From the NCBI GenBank assembly GCA_964016885.1, contig OZ024745.1, forward strand, positions 121,458,001-121,522,000: a DNA stretch of 64,000 bases. The letters run 5' to 3'. This document shows positions 26,457 to 40,000 of this stretch, piece by piece. Each line of letters begins with the position of its first letter. Within the stretch, counting starts at the first letter, position 1. This stretch comes from Eledone cirrhosa (taxonomy: Eukaryota). Below the pieces are notes generated by a model that had not been told where the DNA came from, did no database searches, and saw only the letters and a list, made by a program, of their open reading frames with translations. A program made the translations under genes and the position numbers.

Positions 26457-26527
26457 TATTTTATTATGTGCATTTCAAAAACAAATATCATCATGGGATG
26501 ATACTTGCGTTCTCATCAGATAAAATA
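26457..26527 (-). ncRNA. Type I hammerhead ribozyme candidate
   Basis: Minus strand: UAUUUUAU-CUGAUGA-16 bp stem II (one mismatch, CCAU loop)-GAA-AUGCACAU-A^AUAAAAUA. Stem I is a perfect 8 bp. Confidence 0.78.
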
Positions 26528-26605
26528 GGGAGACATGATATGAAGTTTAAAAAACACTTGCGAGCAGTGAAGTGTTAAATCTACATATGAAAAATAAAAT
26601 AAGAT

Positions 26606-26648
<43 letters not shown>

Positions 26649-26769
26649 GTACAATGTCAAAATCGAAAGACAAACATGAAGAACAATTCACAAAATTCAT
26701 ACAAATGTATCCATATATATACATACCTCTCTCTCTCCTCCTCTCTCCCCCCCCCCTCTCTCTCTCTCT

Positions 26770-26800
<31 letters not shown>

Positions 26801-26981
26801 CCAAATACACATATATGACTATGACAGTCATTTAAGAGAAGGAGGGTAGTGGGGTTGTGTGAGAATGACAGGTGGTGAAGGAGGGAGAAAAGACGACACC
26901 CATATCATCTCTAATCATTTATGTATTGTTTCATTTACTTTACGGGGGTGAAATCATTTCCTTTGCTTTCCCTGTATTAAG

Positions 26982-27055
26982 ATGGAACCTCTGTGGCTCT
27001 TCTGCTGGACCCTTCTTCTCTTGGCCCCAATCTTGCTGGCCTTTTTCATCTACAA
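26982..27055 (+). CDS. FAXC: FAXC coding exon 1 (signal anchor)
   Basis: ATG directly after a pyrimidine tract and aag acceptor; donor aa|gtaag; phase 2 matches the next exon. Confidence 0.75.
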
Positions 27056-30000
27056 GTAAGAACACTTTCAGAATTATCAAATATTTCATGTGCATTCTAG
27101 TTTGTCTGTTTGTTTAATCTCCTGATCAACCCTGATCAAATAGACCTGCCATCAAAAGCATTCCAGCTGTGAATATACCGTGACTTTAGGTGTAGCTAGG
27201 ACTGCATTATCTAATATGTCTATTCCTTTTTCTAAGACAGTAATTTTTGATTTGAGGGAGAATTAGCTGCTATTTCTAGCATGTTGAGCGACGGCATTAA
27301 ACTCACCTGTTAGATTGTGATATTGTTATTGTTAATGATGACAGCGGTGGTGGTTGTGTTTTTGGTGGTGTTTATCATACTGAGTAATTGCCCTTCAGAG
27401 TATTTCAGCCCAGGCATAACTGATGAAACACATGCCCAGTAACCAGCATATGTATATTTATATAAGGTAATAAATTAGCAGAGTTTGGGATAGAATGTCT
27501 TACAGTATTTGAGTTCAAATCCTGTTGACGTCATCTTTGCTGTTCATCCTTTCAGGGGCAATAAACAATGTACCAGTCTAGCAAAGTGGATTTGCAGAAT
27601 TGCTAGAGCATCAGACAGAAGCCCTTGTACTGTCTGTTCTGACCTTTTGCTTTATAATGGTAACACATGTAACCTCACTGGTTCCATGTTGTACAGGTCT
27701 TTCCATTTCCCTTAGACAACATCAGTCGTCAGTGGTATAGAGAGGGGAAACTTGCATGCATAGGCAACTGCTGATCTTCAAAAAAACCTTGCCTAAGCCT
27801 GTGTCTTAACCCTTTACCATTTACATTACTCTATATTTACTATTATATTTTCATGGTAAACACTTTATCTCATAATTATCTTACATAATATCAAATCTAT
27901 GAGATTTTGATATTATTCATTTTGAGAACAATACCTTAATGTCAGTATGAGCAGCTGGTTACAACGGGTTTAAACAGAAAGGAGTGAGAGAATTCTGGCC
28001 AGATATGGCCAGTTTAAATGCTAAAGGGTTAAAGAGGAACTTTCCATGTACAGACCCATGATCTGATCATTGAGACAAATTCTAAGCTTAACTAATAAAA
28101 CGTTGCTGATACTAAATAGAAGTTGATAAAGATTTGTAATCCCACAAATACTTTATAGTTCACCGAAAACTAGTTCCAGTCCAGGTAATCAACAGATTAA
28201 GAACATTTTAGAGCAGTAGAGATGATATAATAGTATATTAAATATCAAATGATACATATTATATATAAATATAGTAAAATAAATATATAATATTTATTTA
28301 TACATAGTATATATTATATTATTTATATGTTGGCAGAATCGGTAGAGGGTCGGACGCCATGCTTTGATGCATAGAGTTACGGCCCTTGCCATTCTGAGTT
28401 CAAATCCTGCCGAGGTTAACTTTGCCTTTCATCCTTACGGGGGTCGATAAAATAAAGTACCAGTAATGCACTGGGTAATTGCTGGCCTTGTGCCAAAAGT
28501 AGAAACAATTATTTATATATATCAATTAATGATTTTATTTATTATATATTATTTACAATTTGCATGTAGGCAGGTCTCTCTGGAAATAGGGGTTGGGGGC
28601 AGTGAAGGTATTTTGTGGCCATGAGGGGGGGGGGGGGGGGGGGGGCACAAGTTTGAGAACTTCTATTTTAAAGCCTAAATACAAACTTACAATTTTTTTG
28701 ATGAGGCTTTATCGACTCAGTTATTGCAACAGTGTAAAGAATGATACTAAAGAAGAAATGATGAGTACTATCTTAAAAATGATCAATAAATACATACTAT
28801 AGCTTTTTGACTAAATAATACATACACAAATCGCAAACACAAGGTTCTAAAAACCTTCGCTAATGGCACGTGGCTTAGTGTTTAGGGAATTGAATTCACA
28901 ATCATGAGGTTATGAATTTGATTCCCAGACTGGGCAGTACATTATGTCCTTGAGCAAGAAACTTTATTTCAAGTGGCTCTTTCTTCCGGGAGTTGCTATC
29001 ATTAGATAGTATCAACAATGGAAAGACAAATGGAAACTTTGTTTCATTGGTCTGATTTGATGAGTTTCACCCAACTCTGTAAGCAAGTGAGGTCTGGGAT
29101 CTTGTCAATCATTTTCCTCGTCCATCATTGACCCAGAACATAGATGTATGTGTAGTAGCAAGTACTGTGAAATAAGAAGCAACTCCCAATAACTACTACA
29201 ACAATTCAGTTTTGATATTTTGTTACATATATTTTATATACACCACTCATATCATTGCTCAATAAATGAATATCATGTCATGCTATTTTCCTCTGTTGAA
29301 AATATATACCCTGTTAACCGATTAGTTTTAATGGATGGAATTACTTAGAAAACCCACTGTGAACTAACAGTTGTCAATGTAAAGTATCTTTAATTTCCTT
29401 TCATTCAGGATTGTACCCTACTTTAAATTTAGTGAAATTCTTTATTGACCATAACAAATTGAGTGTTTGTTATTACCTTGGGGCTGAAAAAAATTTCATT
29501 ATACTGAAAAATTTGTTATAATGGTATTCGTTATAACAGAATTTTACCTGTATAATCAAAAATTTCTAAGTTTTCTTTTCTATAATCTTAAAGTATCATG
29601 TTGATTATGCAGGTGTTTTAGAATCAGCGATGAAAAAGGAGGGGTGAGGTGGGGTCACTATAAACCCCTTCCTTCCCCTTGAAAGTGAAAAATAGAGGAA
29701 CACTCTTTTCTCCCAATCCCCACCCTACCCTCCATTATTGTCAAGTTTTGATACTTAATCCTTTAGCATTTAAACCAGCTATATCCAGCCAGAATTCTCT
29801 CACCTCTTTATCTTCAAACTGGCCACTCATACTAATGTTAAGGTATTGTTCTCAAAATAAATAATATCAAAATCTCATAGATTCGATAATATGTGAGATA
29901 ATTATGTGAGATAAAGCCCTTACCATGAAAATATAATAGTAAATATAGAGTAGTGTAAATGCTAGAGGGTTAATCTAATGCTGAAAATACTTGTCTGTCT

Positions 30001-33000
30001 CTATAAAACTGAGACTTTGTTTAAGAGTCAAAAGTAATGAATAGATTATTTCCCTTTAGAGGGTTGTGATAGTGTTGTAATACAGTAGATCTATGTTAGA
30101 TCAATGTGATACACAATATTGATAAATAGATCAATGTGGTAGACAATACAGTAAATCAATACAATAGATCAATAGATAAATCAATGTGGTAGAAAATACA
30201 GTAAATCAATACAGTCGATCAATAAGTAGATCAATTTGATAAACAATACAACATATCAATAATAGATCAATAGATAAATCAATATGATAGACATTACAAC
30301 AGATCAATAATAGATCAATAGATAAATCAATATTATTGACAATACAACAGATCAATAGTAGATCAAAATATGGATCAATATGATCGACAATACAACAGAT
30401 CAATAATAGATCAAAAGATAAATCAATATGATAGACAATACAACAGATCAATAATATATCCAAAGATAAATCAATATGATAGACAATACAACAGATCAAT
30501 AATAGATCAAAAGATAAATCAATATGATAGACAATACAACAGATCAATAATAGATCAAAAGATAAATCAATATGATAGACAATACAACAGATCAATAGTA
30601 GATCAAAAGATGGATCAATATGATAGACAATACAACAGATCAATAATAGATCAAAAGATGGGTCAATATAAGACTCAATGAATAGATCAATGTAAGACAA
30701 CATAGTAAACCAATGTATAATTGACAATACAGCAGATCAAAGAGGTATTTATACATATTAACAAGGTAAAAATATGGCAGTGACTATTTTAACTTTCAGT
30801 TGACAGCTACTTCTTGTAAATCTATTGGGTCATCAAGTAGGAAATTTCTAGAAATTTCTAGAAAAAAAACAAATTTCTACAAATTTCATACTTGACGACC
30901 CAATAATTTAGTAATATATACAGTTTATTATTTATGGAATATATCATATAAATAGTTTAATAGAATTAATAGAAAAAAGAGAATTTAGATTAAGAATGGA
31001 ATGTAAAATAGGAAAATATAGAGAAAAAGAAAAAAAAATGGAAAAGGAAGGGAATGACAAGGACTCTAGTGTCACAGAAAAATGGGGAGGATGATTTGAC
31101 TCTGGGCCTAGGACATGGCGGTAGAGGGGCTGCGCCCTGCAAACAAGACCGCAAAAGCATTCCTGCAGACAATGGCCAGCGACACCTGCTGCAACAGACA
31201 CCCAACCTCAGACGGGCCGCCGACATACTTCTTGTATGGTCCAAGTATGCCACTGTATTTACATGATATATTCCATAAATAATAAATTGTATATACTACA
31301 CAGTCATTTAGTAGTAAGAGTCTCAGTAAAATAAACTTGCTCTAACCCTGGTGAGCTCCATAGAAGTGGTTGATAGCTTTTCTTACTTAACTGACCTAAT
31401 TAAAAGTAAAGGTGGCTGCTCTGAAAACATAGTAACTAGAATAAAAACAGGCTAGAATAAGTAGAAGTTTCTCTTGACAACAAAGAGATTTCTCCCTACT
31501 AGAACTTGCAATGTATATGTAACAGCTATTTATAGCTATGGCCTGTCTCGTGGGTATTATTTGAAAGCTATCAAACTTGTTTTAGTTTTAGCAAGAAAAC
31601 TGTTGAACACACGTAGATGAAAAAAAATAATAAAATAGCTATGCCATAAATCATCATCATCATCATTTACAACCTGTTTCCCCTGCTAGCAAGGGTTGGA
31701 TGGATCATGAAAAACTAAATCAGTGCTTAACCTGTTGACGGCCGTGTATATTTTACACAGCTACAGTTGCTGTGCTAGCTGCTGCATATGTTTTACACAG
31801 CTACAGTTGCTGTGCCGGCTTTATTCAGAAAAATGACTATTTTTTTAAACAAACATTTATTTACAACTCATATCTGAATGATTGATAAAAGTCACATCAA
31901 TAAACTAGTAACCCCATCTAGCTTTGAAGTTATGAACTGTTGGAAACAATTTTAAACATGTTAGGATGAGTTATCTGGTCTACAGCACTGAAGAGGTACA
32001 GGCAGTGAGGCCACATCTCACTTACATACATCTCTGCACTCTACAAGATGCACATGGTGCATTTCATTGTGGCACCCGTACAAGAGAGCTTGTCATGTCT
32101 TTGACACAACTGAAGATACCTCTTAACTTTTTGTTTGAGGAGTTTTCTATGGCTGGATTCCCTATGTATATATAGGAATGTATGCATGTATGTATGTATT
32201 ATGTATGTATGCATGCATGTATGTATGTATGTGTATATGTATGTATGTATGTATGTATATATGTATGCAAGTATGTATGTATGTGTGTATGTATGTATTT
32301 CTGGTTTCATTATTTTAAATGATTGGCAGTATCGGTAGAGGGTCGGATGCCATGCTTTCCAGCATAGTTACATCCCTTAACAATCTGAGTGCAAATCCCG
32401 CTGAGGTTGACTTTGCCTTTCATCCTTACAGGGTCGATAAAATAAAGTACCAGTAATGCACTGGGTAATTGCTGGCCTTGTGCCAAAAAGTAGAAACAAT
32501 TATTTTATAAATTTTTACCAATAGAGAGAGTCAGTTTCTAACATAGACACAGGACTCTCTCATTGGAATATAAACAACAACTAAATAAATATGTCTGCAT
32601 GAATGCATGTGTGTGCAGGTATGGATGTTATTGTATGTGTGGAGTGTATGTTTTGAGTTGTATGTGTGCATGTGTATATGTTTTGTATCTGTACAAGTGT
32701 ACATGTAGTTCTTACATGCAGAATTTTTGGAATGTTTTACATATTTTTACTGTTCCATTAATGGATTGTACTTGTAATTTCCTAACTAGTCATGTTCTTT
32801 CTGGTTCTGTGAAGCCCAGCTTCTCAAGATTTGTACTGAGGCAGTTACTAACATACCCCAGTGCCCCAATGATCACAGGTATAAATCTGAAGGTATAGTC
32901 AGGGTGGAGTATCAGCAGATTCCTCATTAGTTCTGCATAGATGTTCTCCAGTTCACTGATCTTTGATATTATATTGGCATCTGCTGGTCAGCTAACTTCC

Positions 33001-33376
33001 ACTACTGTGCATGCCTTCTTTTCCCTGTCCCATATCATTATATCTGGTCTGTTATGCTTGCATTTTACTGGGGTTTTGACTAGAACATTTCACCAGTACC
33101 CTTTCATATTATGCGTGTATATATCCTCCACAATGCTGTAACTTATAATATATTTATTGTCAAAGCTATCTTTTCTGTGGATTGTATTGTACAGTCTTTT
33201 GGCCACTACCTCATGCCTCATAGGTTCAAGTCTCTAGCAGGCTTGAAAAGCCATATCCGAGCATTGCACATGTGAATTTAACAAGCAATTGCAATACTCT
33301 TAGCATGAGTTTGCAACCATCATGTATGTATGCAGGTATGCATGTATGTATATAAACATATATATATATATATAAG

Positions 33377-33427
<51 letters not shown>

Positions 33428-33466
33428 GCACACACACACACCCACACACACACACACATACACACG

Positions 33467-33502
<36 letters not shown>

Positions 33503-34060
33503 ATCTACACATGTTTGTGTGTGTATTTTGCTTGGCAATAGAGGGAAACCTCATCTTGATTAATTATTCTATATTTTGAGTACTTTCTTCTTCTCATTTA
33601 TAAATTATGAATTCAAATTTACATAATTATTTCACAGGAAATATTTCCAGAAAAAGCATGTAATTCCCAAAAATACTGTATTGCTGTATCAAATGGGACG
33701 TGGCCCTTATGCACCAAGTGTATCACCATTTCCATTGAAATTAGAGACATATTTACGGATGGCTAACATACCATATATGGTCTGTATGTTTTATTTTAAC
33801 TAATTTCTTTTTTCGGGGGGGGGGGGGGGGGGGGGGCTCTGGTAGCCATTACATGATCTCTCATCAACAGTATCTTGTTACAGTGTGTTTTTAACACTGT
33901 TTCCTGGTATCTAATGAAATATTTATGTGTCTCCATTGAACCCATAACTCCCGATGAAGTCGTAGAGGTTTTGTAGTAACTTACGCCGTACCTTAGGCAT
34001 TCTTTGAAACCTAACAGAGGAGCCCATCCCCTCTCCAGGTCCGAACACAACTGGTTTCTT

Positions 34061-34095
<35 letters not shown>

Positions 34096-37000
34096 TAGAG
34101 AGGAAATGGGAAAGAGATATTGAGGAAAAATCATCCCAGTACTGAACTGGTATTTTTTTATCAACCTCAAAAGGATGAAAGGCAAAGTTGACCTTAGTGG
34201 GATTTGAACTCAGAGAGCAGAGAGCCAGAATAAATACCACAAAGAATTCTATCTGACACTCTAATGACTGCCAATTCACCACCTCTAATCAAATATACCC
34301 ACTCCCTAAATATACCCACTTCCTCAGTATCATATCTCACTATGTCCTTCCTCTGTATCATATCTCACTATATCCTTCCTCTGTATCATATCTCACTATA
34401 TCCTTCCTCAGTATCATATCTCACTATATCCTTCCTCAGTATCATATCTCACTATATCCTTCCTCTGTATCATATCTCACTATATCCTTCCTCAGTATCA
34501 TATCTCACTATATCCTTCCTCTGTATCATATCTCACTATGTCCTTCCTCTATATCATATCTTACTATATCCTTCCTCAGTATCATATCTCACTGTATCCT
34601 TCCTCAGTATCATATCTCACTATATCCTTCCTCTGTATCATATCTTACTATATCCTTCCTCAGTATCATATCTCACTGTATCCTTCCTCAGTATCATATC
34701 TCACTATATCCTTCCTCTGTATCATATCTCACTATATCCTTCCTCAGTATCATATCTCACTATATCCTTCCTCAGTATCATATCTCACTATATCCTTCCT
34801 CTGTATCATATCTCACTATATCCTTTCTCAGTATCATATCTCACTATATCCTTCCTCTGTATCATATCTCACTATATCCTTCCTCAGTATCATATCTCAC
34901 TGTATCCTTCCTCAGTATCATATCTCACTATATCCTTCCTCTGTATCATATCTCACTATATCCTTCCTCAGTATCATATCTCACTATATCCTTCCTCAGT
35001 ATCATATCTCACTATATCCTTCCTCAGTATCATATCTCACTGTATCCTTCCTCAGTATCATATCTCACTATATCCTTCCTCTGTATCATATCTCACTATA
35101 TCCTTTCTCAGTATCATATCTCACTATATCCTTCCTCTGTATCATATCTCACTATATCCTTCCTCAGTATCATATCTCACTATATCCTTCCTCAGTATCA
35201 TATCTCACTATATCCTTCCTCTGTATCATATCTCACTATATCCTTCCTCAGTATCATATCTCACTATATCCTTCCTCAGTATCATATCTCACTATATCCT
35301 TCCTCTGTATCATATCTCACTATATCCTTCCTCAGTATCATATCTCACTATGTCCTTCCTCTGTATCATATCTCACTATGTCCTTCCTCTATATCATATC
35401 TCACTATGTCCTTCCTCTGTATCATATCTCACTATGTCCTTCCTCTGTATCATATCTTACTATATCCTTCCTGAGTATCATATCTCACTATATCCTTCCT
35501 CAGTATCATATCTCACTATATCCTTCCTCTGTATCATATCTTATTATATCCTTCCTCAGTATCATATCTCACTATATCCTTCCTCAGTATCATATCTCAC
35601 TATATCCTTCCTCTGTATCATATCTCACTATATCCTTCCTCAGTATCATATCTCACTATATCCTTCCTCTGTATCATATCTCACTATATCCTTCCTCTGT
35701 ATCATATCTCACTATATCCTTCCTCAGTATCATATCTCACTATATCCTTCCTCAGTATCATATCTCACTATATCCTTCCTCTGTATCATATCTCACTATA
35801 TCCTTCCTCTGTATCATATCTCACTATGTCCTTCCTCAGTATCAAATCTCACTATATCATTTCCTTCTTTCTATATCCTTCTATCATATCTCACTATATC
35901 ATTTCCTTCTTTCGACATCCTTGTATCATATCTCACTTTATCACTTATTCCTCTCAGATCAACAAAATACATAGCAATTAATAAACTGTCATTTATATAT
36001 TTCTTCACAGAATGACCAGAGTGCCACATTTTCATACAAAGGCAAAATTCCCTGGATGGTTTACAATGGTAAGCCAGTGGCAGATTCCCAGTTCTGTATA
36101 GAATACCTGAACAAGAAGTTGGGTATCAACTTGAATAAACAGTATAATGATCTTGATGTATCGGTGGGCAGAGCATTCCAGAAAATGGCTGAAGAAGAAT
36201 TATATTGGTTTGTATGAAAAGCAAATCATCATTGTCATCGTCGTTGTCGTCACCGTCGTCGTCGTTGTCATCGTCGTTGTCATCGTCGTTGTCATCGTCG
36301 TTGTCGTCATCGTCGTCGTCGTTGTCGTCATTGTCGTCGTCGTCGTTGTCGTTATCGTCGTCGTCGTTGTCGTCATCGTTATCGTTGTCGTTGTCGTCAT
36401 CGTTATCGTTGTCGTTGTCGTCGTCGTTGTCGTTGTCATCGTTATCGTTGTCGTCATCATCATCGTCATCGTCGTTGTCGTCGTTGTCGTCGTCGTCATC
36501 ATCATTACCATCGTCATCATCATCATCGACCTCCTCATCATCATCATTATCGTCTTCATCGTCGCCGTCGTTGTCGTCATCGACCTCCTCATCATCATCA
36601 TCATCAACATCGTCGTCATCATCATCAACATCGTCGTCGTCGTTGTCGTCTTCTTCGTCATCATCATCATCATTATCATCATCATCACCAGCAACAAAAT
36701 GGCGACTGTACAGAAAGAAAAACAACACAGAGTGGTCTTTACATTGAGTAAAGGAAAGGGAGACATTATCAACGGGAGTACCTTTTTCCTATGGTTTTCT
36801 TTCTACTCACCATCTTAAATCATGCTACATTAACTTCTCATGGTGAAGACACATAGCCTAATGATTAGGATACTTGCCGTACAATCGTAATATCATCAGT
36901 TCAATTCCTAGACAGGCTGCTGTGTTGTGTTTTGAGCAAAACACTTTATTTCACATTGCTCCAGTATATTCAGCTCTAGAGTGAGTACGAGAAATAGCTA

Positions 37001-40000
37001 GGAAGTTAATCCAGCGATAGACTGGCATCCTATTCAGGGAGAGTCTTGTCCTCTCAGTTGCTTTACGCCAAGGAAACCAGGGATAAGCACCGACCTGATG
37101 AGCCTTTGGCTTAGAACAGACTTTAACTATTTTTTAACTAACTTCTCACGTTTATAAATATATTGGAATCTGCCATATTGCAGAAAATATTTTTATTATA
37201 ATTGTTTCTACTTTTGGTACAAAGCCAGCAATTACCCAGTGCATTACTGGTACTTTATTTTATCGACTCCGTAAGGATGAAAGGCAAAGTTAACCTCGGC
37301 GGGATTTGAACTCAGAATGGAAAGGGTTATAATGAAGATTATTTTGTTCAATACACATTCCAAGCCTCTACGTAACCACCTGACCTGCTAGAAATACCAG
37401 TTGATAGTTGATGTCTTGAATAAAGAAAAAATACATACAATAACGTAGTCCTAAGCATGTGCCTAGACAAATGGGGTGGACGCAACTGGAAAATCTTTGA
37501 TCCCAAACTATCTAGGTCAGGTTGACCCGGGCTAAATTATGTTTTTTCTTGGAATTTGTATCAAGAATTCTGATTTTAGACAAAAAAAAATAATGATATG
37601 AAAAGCCTCTTTGAAATCGGATAGGGTGTATTAAACATTTTCTTTCTCCATATAAGTTTTTGGGGTATTTTTTTAAGGTAAGTTTTCCATACAAAGTTGT
37701 TCCCCTTTAATCAACTATCTCAATAGTATTTTGAATGAGTAAATAAGATGTTGCTATTTTGGTTTCCGGGAATAGGGAATTCTGGACAGCGGTAGTACCT
37801 TTGATGCCTGGCGCATTGCACCTTCGGGTGGATGGGAAGCACTGGACCTCATCTGTCCCCTAAATCTCTCATATGTTGGTCCAAGCGACATTCCCAGTAA
37901 ACCTCATCAGCTGGCGGATTAAACCATATGTGGGGGTGCTATTAACACGGCACCACTGGGAGAAGGACCTCCTGACACAGGTCACCAGCCAGGACTGATG
38001 AATTCACAAACGAACTACAACGGCCACGTGTTCGCGACCAGGGCATGTCACTAGTTGGAGGAAATTGACCGGGGAGGGATGGGTGCCGCCAGGCTCACAC
38101 TGCCCAAGACAGGAGTTACTTCCCTTAAACAGTTTGCAACTACGCTGTTTTGCCATTGCAGAAGCCACAGTTGAATGCTGCGGATGTATAATAACAATCA
38201 ACTGTTTCTTTTAAACGATGACTAGATAAGAAAAGCGTGAACGCTAAAACTTCCAATATTTTTTTTAACAATCTACACTTAACATTTTAGCCTACTCAAC
38301 CGGAAACACTATTTTCCCTTTAAATTTGTTAGGAATGTATAGAATTCATCCCCTCTGTCTACGACACCCTCCTCCTCCTCCTCTTCAACATTAACATAAC
38401 TAAACCCATTTTTTATTTTGCGAAATTTAGGTACATAGCATAGAACAATATCAATTCTAGCCAGTTAAAGTGGTTGGAAGATCAATGAAGGAACTTCTGT
38501 TTGATCACTTGACCTGCTTGAAATAAGAAACCTAAATTAAACCCATGTGTCTTAAAAAAACATTGAACGATGCAGACATTGTATAATGTAGATGATGTAG
38601 ACTTAGCTATGCTTTCTAACAAAGAGATGTGAGGGTTATAGCTGCAGCATATTTAATTATCAGTCGGTTGTTTGGAGGATCACTTGTGGGATAAACAAAC
38701 AACCATGTAGCTTTAAATAAGATGGTAATGTGTAATTTAACCCTTTAGCATTTAAAGTAGCTGTATCCAGCCAGAATTCTCTCACCTCTTTCTGTTCAAA
38801 CCAGTTGTAACCAGCCACTCATACCAACATTAAAGTATTGTTCTCAAAATAAATAACATCAAAATCGATTCGATATTATGTGAGATAAAGCCTTTACCGT
38901 AAAAATACAATAGTAAATATAGAGTAATGTAAATGTTAAAGGGTTAAGAGAAGTTTTGTTAATTTGAACAGGTCAAATGACAATATAGAGATCCTCTTGT
39001 TAACTCATGCAAGTATGTGTATATTAAACTAAATCATTATTTCATGTTCGCAATAAAAAATACATGATCTATAAAGTATGTAGCAGAATTATATTGGTAG
39101 TGAGCATTGATTCAGATCACCCTGAATCAATGTTCATTACAAATTGATCTTGTGATAATCTGTAAAGTGATTGACAATCAAAGAAAGACAATATAAGGTT
39201 TAATTAGTCATATCAAGGACTTTATAACCCCTCTAGTTTAGGTGTCTCGATAAAATACACTCAGAACATTTTATGATGACGATGATGATAACATAAATGA
39301 ATGTGTAAAATATATATAACTATTAAATTAAATTTAAACCTTTAAACTGTTAACCATTGATCTAACTCTTTTTTTATACTATCAGGACGATGTGTGCGGT
39401 GACATTTGGTGATGATTTAACTGAAGTTAAGAAGGTTTTACCCTACAAAGGTATTGAGCTTTGGATCAAACTAACAGCTATAAAGCATGTGGTTCAAAAG
39501 GAGATGTGGGGTCATGGAATTGGTAGACATAATTCAAAAGAAATTTGGTCCATTGGAGAAAAAGATTTACATGCTATTTCTACATTCTTAGGTAAGTAAT
39601 TTTATGTCTTTTCCTAATAACATAATTTGAAGTAAGATAGTAATTGTAAGGACTTTCGTCATAAAAGGGAAGGGCAAGATACATTTCACTTGTCATCTTT
39701 TTGTAGAAGGTTGGAGGTCTCTTCAGCACTATCAAAGACATGATAACCTCCCTAGTGCTGATGTGAACTTACCATATTTCCCGGCGTCAAAGACACTACT
39801 TTTTTCCTAAAATAAGTCTCAAAAATCTACCATGCGTCCTAGAGGCCAAAGGTTGTATATTATTTATTTCCAAATTTTTGGTTGTCAAAATTAGGGTGCA
39901 TCCTTGAGGATGAAGCGTCTTCAGCGCCAGGAAATATGGTAGTAGATTAGGGAATTGTATGTAAACAAAATGCAGACTCAGAGTCATCAATCTGTCTGAG

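Noticed and set aside
27700-27740. Minus-strand CTGACGA...GAAA
   Set aside because: Weak stem II and no stem III or UH site.
30206-30727. Repetitive 173 aa and 103 aa ORFs
   Set aside because: 48 bp minisatellite; no splice or homology support.
34318-35945. CRISPR-like 28 bp repeat array
   Set aside because: Units are head-to-tail with no unique spacers, there are no cas genes, and the context is eukaryotic.
34264-36015. 583 aa and 478 aa ORFs
   Set aside because: Translations of a stop-free 28 bp minisatellite inside a FAXC intron.
36126-36818. Poly-Asp, -Thr, -Val and -Ser ORFs
   Set aside because: Trinucleotide repeat read in different frames.
37090-37125. Hammerhead at CTGATGAGCCTTTGGC
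   Set aside because: No GAAA after the stem and no stem I or III; it is part of a SINE tail.
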